In this document: positions 27,570-36,371 of the stretch, piece after piece
How positions within the stretch are numbered: the stretch's first letter is position 1
Layout of the letters: every line of letters starts with the position of its first letter
IMG/VR virus record: IMGVR_UViG_3300042352_001190
Location: 77,578-117,844 of that record
Length of the DNA stretch: 40,267 nt
DNA from: a virus
Lineage: Duplodnaviria; Heunggongvirae; Uroviricota; Caudoviricetes
Reading direction: 5' to 3' (one strand)
Position numbers and translations under genes: made by a program
Notes under the pieces: generated by a model
Database searches by the model: none
What the model saw: only the letters and a program-made list of their open reading frames with translations
Told to the model about the DNA's origin: nothing

Positions 27570-27589
27570 AACAAAAAGGTCCAATATAA

Positions 27590-28180
27590 ATGGCAGGTTT
27601 ACCACATTTTAAAAATTCAACAGTAGGTCGTAATCTATTTGAACCGTTATACCTTAACCAGTTTACGGTAATTATTACTCCTCCTAACTCAATCAACAAC
27701 GGTGCAATTACTCCGCTATTGGTTGAACACGTAAAAGATCTATCTGGATTGCCAGAACAAGCAGGTACAGGTACTTTAGCAGAACAAAAGTATAGATTTA
27801 CTAAAAGATATTTTGCTGCAGCTGCTCCTAAAGAAACTGGTGCTAAACTAACAGTAACATTTGAAGTTAACTTAAATGATGCAAATGAAATGTATGTTTA
27901 TAACCAATTTAGAGCTTGGGCGAACCTAGTATACGATCCATTGACTGGTCGTCAAGGTCTTAAAAAAGACTATGCTCCAAACGGTGCCAACATTTATGTA
28001 GGTGTACACAATAGAGCTGGTGATATCTACAGAGAGTTTACATTTTCTCCAGTATTTGTTTATGGAGATAGTAACCTAACTGAAGAAATGAAATTGGATT
28101 ATAGTTCAGACGGTATCTACACTGCTAAGTTTAACTTTGTTGCTGATAGCTACACTGAAACTAGAAATGGACAATTCTAA
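27590..28180 (+). CDS. gp19: Tail tube protein (gp19-like)
   Basis: EPLYLNQFTV, TVTFEVNLND, FRAWANLVYDPLTG..GLKKDY; size typical of T4 gp19 homologs. Confidence 0.8.
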   Translation: MAGLPHFKNSTVGRNLFEPLYLNQFTVIITPPNSINNGAITPLLVEHVKDLSGLPEQAGTGTLAEQKYRFTKRYFAAAAPKETGAKLTVTFEVNLNDANEMYVYNQFRAWANLVYDPLTGRQGLKKDYAPNGANIYVGVHNRAGDIYREFTFSPVFVYGDSNLTEEMKLDYSSDGIYTAKFNFVADSYTETRNGQF

Positions 28181-28200
28181 AAATTTAAAACCAAAGCCAA

Positions 28201-28779
28201 ATGGATATTTTTAACCTAAAAAGTAACGACGTTAAAGACTTTAAAAGATTTATGGACATGAAAGCTCCTGCATTCGGTGGACCTAATGAAACTGAGCCAT
28301 TCGATAAATCAAAAAGAAAATCTTTAAAAGAGTGGACTAATATCGCAAAAAGAGACGCTAATTTTGAAAATGGCGGTAAAAACCATAATAATGATGGTTA
28401 TTGGAAAGCATTTCATAGTGATGTACCAAGTCGTGCTGCCAAAATTAAAATCGAAGAACCTTTAAATACACCTCCAGCAATGGGAGTTACTATTGTAAAA
28501 GAAAGTCATGTTCCTCAATTTGAAAATTATATGTTTGAAGAAGAAGTTGATGATTTAGATGATGCACAAGTAGAAGATCAACCAGAAATCGACGAAGAAG
28601 CTCTTGAAATGTTTATTGAAGAGTTTAGCGATGAACTAAAAGAAATTTTAGAAATTGCTTGCGAAAAGATGGAAATCGAAAAGGATGAGTGCGTTGAAAT
28701 ATTTAAAGCAGCTATTCAGAAAGTTTCAGAAATGCCAGAAGAGGACGAAGAAGAATCGACTGACGAAGACGAAGAATAA
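28201..28779 (+). CDS. Acidic putative head protein with CTS-like sites
   Basis: DVKDFKRFMD and VKE|SHVPQFENY; very acidic C-terminal half. Confidence 0.7.
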   Translation: MDIFNLKSNDVKDFKRFMDMKAPAFGGPNETEPFDKSKRKSLKEWTNIAKRDANFENGGKNHNNDGYWKAFHSDVPSRAAKIKIEEPLNTPPAMGVTIVKESHVPQFENYMFEEEVDDLDDAQVEDQPEIDEEALEMFIEEFSDELKEILEIACEKMEIEKDECVEIFKAAIQKVSEMPEEDEEESTDEDEE

Positions 28780-28801
28780 TATTAAAATCTATTTAAATTA
28801 C

Positions 28802-28828
28802 AAAGGAGATCAATGATCTCCTTTTTTT
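28802..28828 (+). terminator. Terminator hairpin at the convergence of late and replication transcription (possibly bidirectional)
   Basis: AAAGGAGATC-AAT-GATCTCCTTT followed by TTTT. Confidence 0.8.
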
Positions 28829-29211
28829 ATGTCTTTTAGAACGGATTGAAATTCCTTATCTGGATCAATTACAGTAAAGTCAAAATCAACCCAACTGTAT
28901 GTAGTTTTTAAGAAATTAATTGAATTTAGAATTCCAGTTGGAGAAAGCTCAGTATTTAAATAAATCAATCTAGAATATTTCTGATTTTTTATTTTTATTA
29001 CTTTATCAATTAATTTAGAAATTTCATAATTTAATAAGAATGCTTGAACTTTATTTGGAATAAAGACTTCTGTTTGAAATTTTTCTTTCATGATCTTATT
29101 AATATTAAGAACATAGTCACTTTTACATTTTTTAGAAAAGTGTTCAACGAACGTTTTATAATCTCTTACAAAAACAATAGTTAATTCTCTGGTTGCAATA
29201 TCTTCTGTCAA
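28810..29211 (-). CDS. Hypothetical protein (133 aa), alpha/beta
   Basis: Last gene of the minus-strand operon; no intact motif. Confidence 0.7.
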   Translation of the reverse strand: MTEDIATRELTIVFVRDYKTFVEHFSKKCKSDYVLNINKIMKEKFQTEVFIPNKVQAFLLNYEISKLIDKVIKIKNQKYSRLIYLNTELSPTGILNSINFLKTTYSWVDFDFTVIDPDKEFQSVLKDIKKGDH

Positions 29212-29228
29212 AATATAGATAACTTTTT

Positions 29229-29675
29229 TTATTCAGAATCTGGAACGATCTGAACTACATCAACCCCTGCCTTTTTTAAGAGATCGAGACCGGCAGAGTC
29301 TCTATATGATTCTGAATAAACTACTCTTTTAATTCCAGCTTGTAGAATTAATTTACTACATTCTCTACAAGGAGACATTGTAACATATAGAGTAGAACCC
29401 TCAGAAGATTGTGTAGATTTTGCAACTTTAGCTAAAGCATTTGATTCAGCATGCAAAACATACCATTTTGTTTCATAATTTAAAAAATTACCCTCTTCAT
29501 CGAATACTGGATTTTCACACTCATTTTCAAAACCAGATGGAGTTCCATTATAACCATCGGCAATAATAGTATTATTCTTTACAAGAAGGGCTCCAACCTT
29601 TTTTCTTCTAGCATTAGATAACTGTCCCCATTCTGAGGCCATTTTCATGTATACAATATCGTATCTAGTTATCAT
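29229..29675 (-). CDS. cd: dCMP deaminase
   Basis: KVGALL, GYNGTPSG, HAESNAL, YVTMSPCRECSKLI zinc motifs. Confidence 0.93.
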   Translation of the reverse strand: MITRYDIVYMKMASEWGQLSNARRKKVGALLVKNNTIIADGYNGTPSGFENECENPVFDEEGNFLNYETKWYVLHAESNALAKVAKSTQSSEGSTLYVTMSPCRECSKLILQAGIKRVVYSESYRDSAGLDLLKKAGVDVVQIVPDSE

Positions 29676-30550
29676 GCTTCAAATTGATTTACAATCCAAG
29701 TTAATAGATCATCTTTTTCTTGTAAAATTAAAATATCATCTTGACCCTCTTCGATAAATTCAAAAATATCCAAAAACTCTTGTGTTGGATGGCCTGACAT
29801 AGAAACCAGATTTGTCTTAATTGAAGGAAGTCTGCTTGGAACAAACTCTCCTAATAACATACGACTAACTAAATCATAGTGCCTATCATAAATATGATAA
29901 GAATTTGCATGATGAGTATATGTACCTAATTCCAATTCTGGATAAAATTCTCTAAGATGAGCAAGTGCTTGCATTTGAAGTGAACAGAAAAATGCAACAT
30001 CAGTTGGCGTACCCCAAATTGCATCATTAGATCTCATATAAACACTAAAATTTAGCTTATTATGTCTAATATGAAAGATTCCATACATTGTACACACAAA
30101 ATCTTTATTTCCATTATATTGATGCTCTGGTGTATTAAAGTGTAAAATTGCTTGACGGCTATCTTTATCTTTAGCCAAAGACGCAATTGCCCATTCATAT
30201 TGAGTAATTCCGCCTAGTGATTTAGGTTTAAAGATTAGATTGCCATATGCAGAATTTGCAGTTCCATTGGGATTTTGGATTTGTTCCCAAAATTTTGCAT
30301 ATTTTGAAATAAATGCTACATCATTACGACCAGCATAATACCATAAAAATTCAGCTGCAATATATTTAGTCTGGGTAGATCTAGACATATTTGTATACAT
30401 GCACTGGCTTGGGTCAGTTATTTCAAGAGAAACATTTAATAATTCTCTACTAGTCGTTCCTCGTGTTTCGCACAAGTCACCGTTATCCATTAAATCAATT
30501 AATGACTTTTGATAAGCTTCCGCAAATGATGTTCCTTTGTAAGTATGCAT
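29672..30550 (-). CDS. Thymidylate-synthase-family enzyme with dCMP-type specificity residue (dCMP hydroxymethylase-like)
   Basis: AEFLWY, DSRQA, KDFVC153T, R173SNDAIWGTPTD184, SYHIY; Asp occupies the position of ThyA Asn177. Confidence 0.85.
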   Translation of the reverse strand: MHTYKGTSFAEAYQKSLIDLMDNGDLCETRGTTSRELLNVSLEITDPSQCMYTNMSRSTQTKYIAAEFLWYYAGRNDVAFISKYAKFWEQIQNPNGTANSAYGNLIFKPKSLGGITQYEWAIASLAKDKDSRQAILHFNTPEHQYNGNKDFVCTMYGIFHIRHNKLNFSVYMRSNDAIWGTPTDVAFFCSLQMQALAHLREFYPELELGTYTHHANSYHIYDRHYDLVSRMLLGEFVPSRLPSIKTNLVSMSGHPTQEFLDIFEFIEEGQDDILILQEKDDLLTWIVNQFEA

Positions 30551-30559
30551 AGTTCTATA

Positions 30560-32224
30560 TTAATTTACTCTTATATCAGAAAAATGGTCTTTGTTTTCGA
30601 CAAATAACTTAATATCGAAAAACTCTTCTGGTAATGGATCATGGGAGATCACAAATACTGTCATGTTATGCTTTTTAGCAAATGTTTTTAATAAATCAAC
30701 TACTTTGTAAATACTTACAGAATCTAGAGAAGAAAAGATCTCATCTAAGAAGAGTAGATTAATTTTATTATTTTTCATTTTAATTAATTCCAATATACAT
30801 AAAAGAACAATTAGATTCATTTTCTTTTGTTCGCCAGCTGATAGAGATTCTGGTGAAATCTGCATACCAAGGTGAGTAATAATTGGATTAAATTCAAGAT
30901 CAAACTCAAATGCAAATTTAAACTCAAGCAATTTAGAAGTTCTTAAAATATTCTTATTAAGAAGTGGAATAATTTGATTCATTAGGATTCGTTTCATTCC
31001 ATTATCAGAAAGAATTACTTCAAGCTCCTGATTAACTGATAGTTCCTTTTCTAGATCTCCAATTTCAGTTTTGGTTGTTTCAATTTCTTCATTTAACTGA
31101 TCAATAATTTTTTGAAGATATTGTGTCTGTTTTTCTGAATCTTGAGATTGAGTTAGCGAATCAAGTTCTCTTTTTGCTGAATCTATTGCTGATGATAATT
31201 TAGCATGATCATTTCTAAATTTTTCTTGAGATGATTCAAGTTCTCTAGAGCTAGATTCGATTTCAGCAATCTTAGTTGCAATTGGGGAAAGATCTTCTTG
31301 AAAGCGCGATCGATTTTCCTCTAATTGCTGTTTAATTCCTGCATGTACAGTATCGGTAAGATCACTTAAACAGTGCGGGCATTTATTCTTTGCATAGATT
31401 GCTAGTTTCTTATCGATTTCTGCAATATTAAAGGTGCAAGACGATTTAGATTCCCTAGCAGTTTTTAATTCATTTTTAGCAGAGTCTAATTTTGTTTTAA
31501 GATCAGCATACGAAACCTTAACCTCATCCTGTTTAGTTTTGGCTCTAGTTAAGATATCAGTTAATTGAATAATTCGATTTTCCTTTTCTTGAGTTAAGTC
31601 TTCTTGTAAATTAGATAACTGTTGTACTGACTGTTCTAATAAATGTTGATTTTTAGTAAGAGCAGTTTGGCTAGCCGTCTGTTTTCCTCTAACTGTTTTG
31701 GCATCTTCCTTAACCAATTGATTCATATCATTAACTAAGTCTAAACCAAAAATCTTATCAATAATTTTACGCTTGTCGGCTGGGCTCAGCTTAACAAAAC
31801 TTTTAAAATCATTTACAGAAAGAGAAATTGTATTAGAAAAAACGTTAAATGGAATTTTAACTAGTTCTTCTTCAATAAATTCATCAACTCGTCTTTTATC
31901 TGGTAAATTATAATCATTGCCATTAATTAATATCTTAGAAAAGTTAGGTTCAATACCTCTTTCTATTTCAACTTCATCTCCATTGTTTGCAACAAATTTT
32001 ACTGAAGTATAAGCATTCTTATTAATTCGATTAGGTATCTCTTTGATTTTCCTAATACCAGATTTTCCATAGATTGATACAGTTAGGGCATCTGATATAC
32101 TAGACTTACCCGATCCATTTGTACCCTGGACTAAAATTAAATTTGGATCATCTGAAAATTTAAAAGTCTGAACCTTATTTCCATATGAGCAAATATTCTT
32201 AAATGCAAATTCCTTTATTTTCAT
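30560..32224 (-). CDS. gp46: gp46 / SbcC-Rad50-like ATPase
   Basis: GTNGSGKS, coiled coils, CPHC zinc hook, LSAGEQ signature, FLDE, ISH. Confidence 0.93.
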   Translation of the reverse strand: MKIKEFAFKNICSYGNKVQTFKFSDDPNLILVQGTNGSGKSSISDALTVSIYGKSGIRKIKEIPNRINKNAYTSVKFVANNGDEVEIERGIEPNFSKILINGNDYNLPDKRRVDEFIEEELVKIPFNVFSNTISLSVNDFKSFVKLSPADKRKIIDKIFGLDLVNDMNQLVKEDAKTVRGKQTASQTALTKNQHLLEQSVQQLSNLQEDLTQEKENRIIQLTDILTRAKTKQDEVKVSYADLKTKLDSAKNELKTARESKSSCTFNIAEIDKKLAIYAKNKCPHCLSDLTDTVHAGIKQQLEENRSRFQEDLSPIATKIAEIESSSRELESSQEKFRNDHAKLSSAIDSAKRELDSLTQSQDSEKQTQYLQKIIDQLNEEIETTKTEIGDLEKELSVNQELEVILSDNGMKRILMNQIIPLLNKNILRTSKLLEFKFAFEFDLEFNPIITHLGMQISPESLSAGEQKKMNLIVLLCILELIKMKNNKINLLFLDEIFSSLDSVSIYKVVDLLKTFAKKHNMTVFVISHDPLPEEFFDIKLFVENKDHFSDIRVN

Positions 32225-32730
32225 TCTTCTTTAGGTTTAGGTAAGTTAATTATTTGATCTGGTAAAATTTCAGTCGTTGCAACCACTTGCCAAGTTTTTA
32301 TAGATTCATTCCATTCAACATCGGCATTTGGAAAGTCTGCTACTGTATACAGAGAAACAAACCCAGTCAAAAAGTCCATCCAATGGAACTCATTTAATTT
32401 TCCAATAACTTCTTCACTTTGAGTAAGATTTTCTAAATCTTCTTGAGAAACAAGTTCACCCGACTCTAAAAGTTCTTTTCTTTTAGCAGAGACTATTTCC
32501 TCTAATGTAGAGTTTAGTTTTTGAATTTTTACTGGATTGGGTTTAAGACAGTTTGCAAATGCACGAGATATTTTAAATATCATTGCACCCTCTACTAGAT
32601 TTACGTCATGGGCACAAACTGTTTCAATCGGTTCCCCTTGAAGAATTCGACTTGTTGCAATCGCACGAGGAAAACCGTCGGTTGTATTTAGTTCAAATTT
32701 AACCTTATTTGAAAGTCCTATATTAAGCAT
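32221..32730 (-). CDS. Degenerate SET-domain-like protein
   Basis: AIATSRILQGEPIE and GFVSLYTVADFPNA...VATTEILPDQII align with SET N- and C-terminal motifs, but NH is replaced by TV; ATG 32730 preferred over 32766. Confidence 0.55.
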   Translation of the reverse strand: MLNIGLSNKVKFELNTTDGFPRAIATSRILQGEPIETVCAHDVNLVEGAMIFKISRAFANCLKPNPVKIQKLNSTLEEIVSAKRKELLESGELVSQEDLENLTQSEEVIGKLNEFHWMDFLTGFVSLYTVADFPNADVEWNESIKTWQVVATTEILPDQIINLPKPKEE

Positions 32731-33844
32731 AATCTTTCTCTTGTTTTGCTCTCTCCTGTATTTCAAAGAATTTAGTAACTAGATCCTTTTTCATACTTTG
32801 AGTGTATTGTTTTGAATTTAAATATGTTTTAAAGATCTCAAATGCATCAAATTTATCTGAACTTGATAGATCTAGAGAAATTTCAGTTGGTGTAGTATCA
32901 GACGAATCGCTAGTGTATGTAAAAAATTCAACCTTTCTATACTTAACTTGTTCTAAAACAGTTAAGAACTGGCTGATTGGAATCTTATTGGATAGATTAA
33001 TTTCAATCATAACATCAACAAAATTATTAGTCAAAAGAGAAGTTAACTGATTAAGATTCATATCTAATAATTCGCAGATATCGTATTTGACATAATTTGG
33101 TGATGTCTGGTTCTCTATAAAGGTTTCTTTAAAGTTATCTTTAGCATCTATTATGTAATAACCCTTAGTGTTCCCACGATCACCCCTGTCCATCTGGTAA
33201 GGAGTTCCAGTATACAATATATTATCTTGTTCTTGCCTATGATGGATGTGACCAGAGTAAACCCTATCATACTGGGATAGTGCAGTAATCTCTAATCCAT
33301 GCTCAACTTTAGTCCATCTATTAAACTTAAGGCCTTTAATATCTGCATGGCAAACAATACGCTTACACATACCTGCATAATCTGCAACATAACTACCTAA
33401 AGTTTTGGTGTCTTCAACCCAAGGAAGCATTAACCAATTTTCAGTATCGTTTATAGTTAAGATTTCTGGGCTCTCAAACACATGAATATTTTCAGAAAGG
33501 TGTTTTAGGTGTCTAACTGAATTAACTTGGTTAGAATCTTTATAATAAACATCATGGTTTCCTAAAATAATGAAAATACCTCTTTTAAATACCTTAGAAA
33601 GTTTTTCAAAAATTTCCATTGAATCGTTTTGAATACGAACATTAATAGATTCTCTGGAATGAAAAATATCTCCTTCTAAAATAAGGATATCTGTTTCTGG
33701 ATTAAACCCATTTTCTTGAGCAGTCTTAGGCAAAACCTCCAAAAGAAATTCTTTTTGGATATCTGCCCACTCTACTGAATTATTTCTAATTCCTAAGTGT
33801 AAATCTCCTACTAAAAATATTTTGTTTATATTGTTTAACTTCAT
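32723..33844 (-). CDS. gp47: gp47 / SbcD-Mre11-like nuclease
   Basis: GDLHLG, GDIFH, GNHD, CHADI, GHIH metallophosphoesterase motifs. Confidence 0.93.
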   Translation of the reverse strand: MKLNNINKIFLVGDLHLGIRNNSVEWADIQKEFLLEVLPKTAQENGFNPETDILILEGDIFHSRESINVRIQNDSMEIFEKLSKVFKRGIFIILGNHDVYYKDSNQVNSVRHLKHLSENIHVFESPEILTINDTENWLMLPWVEDTKTLGSYVADYAGMCKRIVCHADIKGLKFNRWTKVEHGLEITALSQYDRVYSGHIHHRQEQDNILYTGTPYQMDRGDRGNTKGYYIIDAKDNFKETFIENQTSPNYVKYDICELLDMNLNQLTSLLTNNFVDVMIEINLSNKIPISQFLTVLEQVKYRKVEFFTYTSDSSDTTPTEISLDLSSSDKFDAFEIFKTYLNSKQYTQSMKKDLVTKFFEIQERAKQEKDYA

Positions 33845-34515
33845 TAAAATAGTTTTTTAAATCGAACCTTACCGTCTAGTATTCCAAATTTATTATTAAG
33901 TTCTAATAGGAGAACTTCTTTGTGCTCATATTCAAGAGATTCAAATAATCTTTTAAAATCCATTTGAGAAATCATTGAAACAAAATCTAATACATCAATT
34001 GGTCCAATAAACGTAGTTTTATTATTTTCTCTAACTAGAGTACATAATCTAGAAAAAGCAAGATTGATTTCAGGTTTTGTAAACTTTCTGCCCTCAAGTG
34101 AAATTCCCATTAGGTTAATTAGAACTTCATCATTATTTGCAATAGTATTTAGATCCCTTTCAATAATAACTTTATCCATGTACTTATCATATGAAGCCCC
34201 ATCTAATAGGTGGCTATCAGTATGACCAGGATCCAACCGAATTCCAGTGTTATGATACATTTCATCGCTTAAACCCTCTCCACTATTCCAAGAGTTATTA
34301 AAGATCTTATCTTCTCTCTTTAGTTTTAAGTGTTGTTGGTATCGAGCCTCATCTTCATCATCAATTGACTCTTGATCGATATGACCAAGCTCATCAGAAT
34401 CTTCATCATCTCCTTCAACTTGATCCAATCCATCAAAATCATCTCCATCTAAAGCTGACCACTCATCGCCTTCGTTGATGAATAGATCCTCTTCTTTAGT
34501 TTTTTTCTTCCACAT
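33844..34515 (-). CDS. Hypothetical protein with acidic disordered N-terminus
   Basis: TAATG-coupled to gp47; D/E-rich first 60 aa. Confidence 0.75.
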   Translation of the reverse strand: MWKKKTKEEDLFINEGDEWSALDGDDFDGLDQVEGDDEDSDELGHIDQESIDDEDEARYQQHLKLKREDKIFNNSWNSGEGLSDEMYHNTGIRLDPGHTDSHLLDGASYDKYMDKVIIERDLNTIANNDEVLINLMGISLEGRKFTKPEINLAFSRLCTLVRENNKTTFIGPIDVLDFVSMISQMDFKRLFESLEYEHKEVLLLELNNKFGILDGKVRFKKLF

Positions 34516-34530
34516 AGTATTGTAGTTTTT

Positions 34531-36018
34531 TTATAAATCTCCTAAAATATCTTCATGTTCACCAAACGTTTTGATACTAGGAGCAACTGTCAACTGTGGT
34601 TTAACTTGGACATTTGCATATTGTTGACGCAAATCATCTTCAATTGAAGAAATATCGTCGTCATCAGAGTAGTATTCGCTTGCTGGATCAGTTTCTTCTA
34701 CAAGTCTAGAAAAATCATAGAACATTCGATACATTTTAAAGCTTTCTGTGTAGCCTTCATCACGGTTAGCAATAACCTTGATTTTAATTCTTTTTTCCAT
34801 TGGACCTCTCATCAATCCATAGAGAGAGTCAACTGTGTGAACCAGACCAAATGATTCAGCAATATCTGACATTCCAATATCTTGATCATCAACCGCATCA
34901 CGTTTAATTTGGGTTGCAGTAATAATAGTCCATTCATTTCGTTGAGCAACTGCACGCAATTCTTCAGAAATTACTTTAATCTTTTCATAAGTATTTCCTT
35001 GCTCACGCATAGGTCTCATCAAGTTAATATAGTCAACCACTACAACTTGTAATCGTTTGCCTGTACTCTCTTGAACTTTTAAGAAATAGTTTTCGATATC
35101 AACTGCAGTTGCACTACCTGTTGCAAACTCCTTAACCCAAAGTTCTCCTGGCTGAGATCCACTTTGCTTAAACTGTTCGATCTTTGCTTCAATTAATTGA
35201 GTTCGATCAGTTGAGGTAATTTCATTGTATTGATTATATGGGATATTTAAGATGTTTGATCCTAAACGTTTCATGTATTTAGTATCAGCTAATTCAAGTG
35301 TTGCAACGCCAGTTTGACAACCTGACATAAATGCTCGAGCTGCAATATTTGAAAGAACCATCGACTTACCTACTTTAGGACGACCTTGGAAAACAACTAA
35401 TGTTTTTGGGTTCCATCCACCGCCTAGGGTTTTATCAAAGAATGGAAATCCAGTTGGAGTACCAGTTTTAGAAACCTGAACGTGATCGACTGCATTAAAG
35501 AAGTTTAGACCTGATTCAGCATTACTAAAAGATACATTTAGGTTTGTATTTAATTTAGTTCTTACCTGATCCGTAATAATATTAACGTTCTCTGGACTAA
35601 TTTCAGTAGTCTTTAAGAAAGATAAAATATCAATAATTGAAGAGTTAAGATTCTTAATTAAGATAAAAGACTTTGTGTATTTAGTTAAAAACTCGTAATT
35701 GTATTCTCCTAGATTTACACCAAGCAAAGTATTAAAACTATCATCTGAAATTTCATAACCAGTTAAGTTAAGCATCTCACGAATTTCAGTTTTAGATGGA
35801 ACTTTATGATATTCCTTATAGTAGTTTTTTACAACTTTAAAGATATTACCAAGATCATCGTTATTAAAGTATTGAGTCTTCATTTTAGGAATTACTTCCC
35901 TTATGTCTAGCGCCTCCACATTCTTTGGACGAATCAGGGTCTCATTATTATCATCCATTAGAATAAAGTTAAGAATAACTTTCTCTAGTAACTCAATGTT
36001 TTCTTTAAAGTCTATCAT
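34531..36018 (-). CDS. gp41: gp41 / DnaB-like replicative helicase
   Basis: TGFPFFDKTLGGG, GRPKVGKS, TLEL, VVDYINLM, TATQ, AESFG. Confidence 0.92.
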   Translation of the reverse strand: MIDFKENIELLEKVILNFILMDDNNETLIRPKNVEALDIREVIPKMKTQYFNNDDLGNIFKVVKNYYKEYHKVPSKTEIREMLNLTGYEISDDSFNTLLGVNLGEYNYEFLTKYTKSFILIKNLNSSIIDILSFLKTTEISPENVNIITDQVRTKLNTNLNVSFSNAESGLNFFNAVDHVQVSKTGTPTGFPFFDKTLGGGWNPKTLVVFQGRPKVGKSMVLSNIAARAFMSGCQTGVATLELADTKYMKRLGSNILNIPYNQYNEITSTDRTQLIEAKIEQFKQSGSQPGELWVKEFATGSATAVDIENYFLKVQESTGKRLQVVVVDYINLMRPMREQGNTYEKIKVISEELRAVAQRNEWTIITATQIKRDAVDDQDIGMSDIAESFGLVHTVDSLYGLMRGPMEKRIKIKVIANRDEGYTESFKMYRMFYDFSRLVEETDPASEYYSDDDDISSIEDDLRQQYANVQVKPQLTVAPSIKTFGEHEDILGDL

Positions 36019-36023
36019 ATTTT

Positions 36024-36371
36024 TTAGTTATACAGTTCGTTAAATACTGCTTGGTTAATATACAAAAATTCTCCTTTTTTAAGCAGAGTTTCTGCATCCA
36101 TTAATTTTTTAATTACAATTCTGAGTTTATCCTTAAATCCAGGAGTTACCTCATTTTCATTAAATACGTACTTAAGAGTTTTTGCAGAAAATTTCAATTC
36201 AGAAGGATTAAATTCTTTATTTTTTATTTCGCAAACCTTAATAATATATTGAATAATATCAACTACGAAATCGGTTTCCGTAGGATAACTTGGTAGCACC
36301 CTATGTAAACCTAATTCGTACTTAATTGGTAACTCTGGCTTAAGTTTATAATTAATCTTCTGATCCATCAA
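36024..36371 (-). CDS. Hypothetical protein (115 aa) in the T4 gene-40 position
   Basis: Between uvsX and 41 and overlapping the uvsX 3' end; sequence not recognisable as gp40. Confidence 0.65.
   Translation of the reverse strand: MMDQKINYKLKPELPIKYELGLHRVLPSYPTETDFVVDIIQYIIKVCEIKNKEFNPSELKFSAKTLKYVFNENEVTPGFKDKLRIVIKKLMDAETLLKKGEFLYINQAVFNELYN

Noticed and set aside
28810-29211. Degenerate P-loop kinase fold in the last operon gene
   Set aside because: Only a vague alpha/beta pattern with no Walker residues; not supportable without a profile search
29672-30550. Calling this a canonical thyA
   Set aside because: It lacks the PC and PFN signatures and has Asp at the Asn177 position, so it is left as a TS-family enzyme
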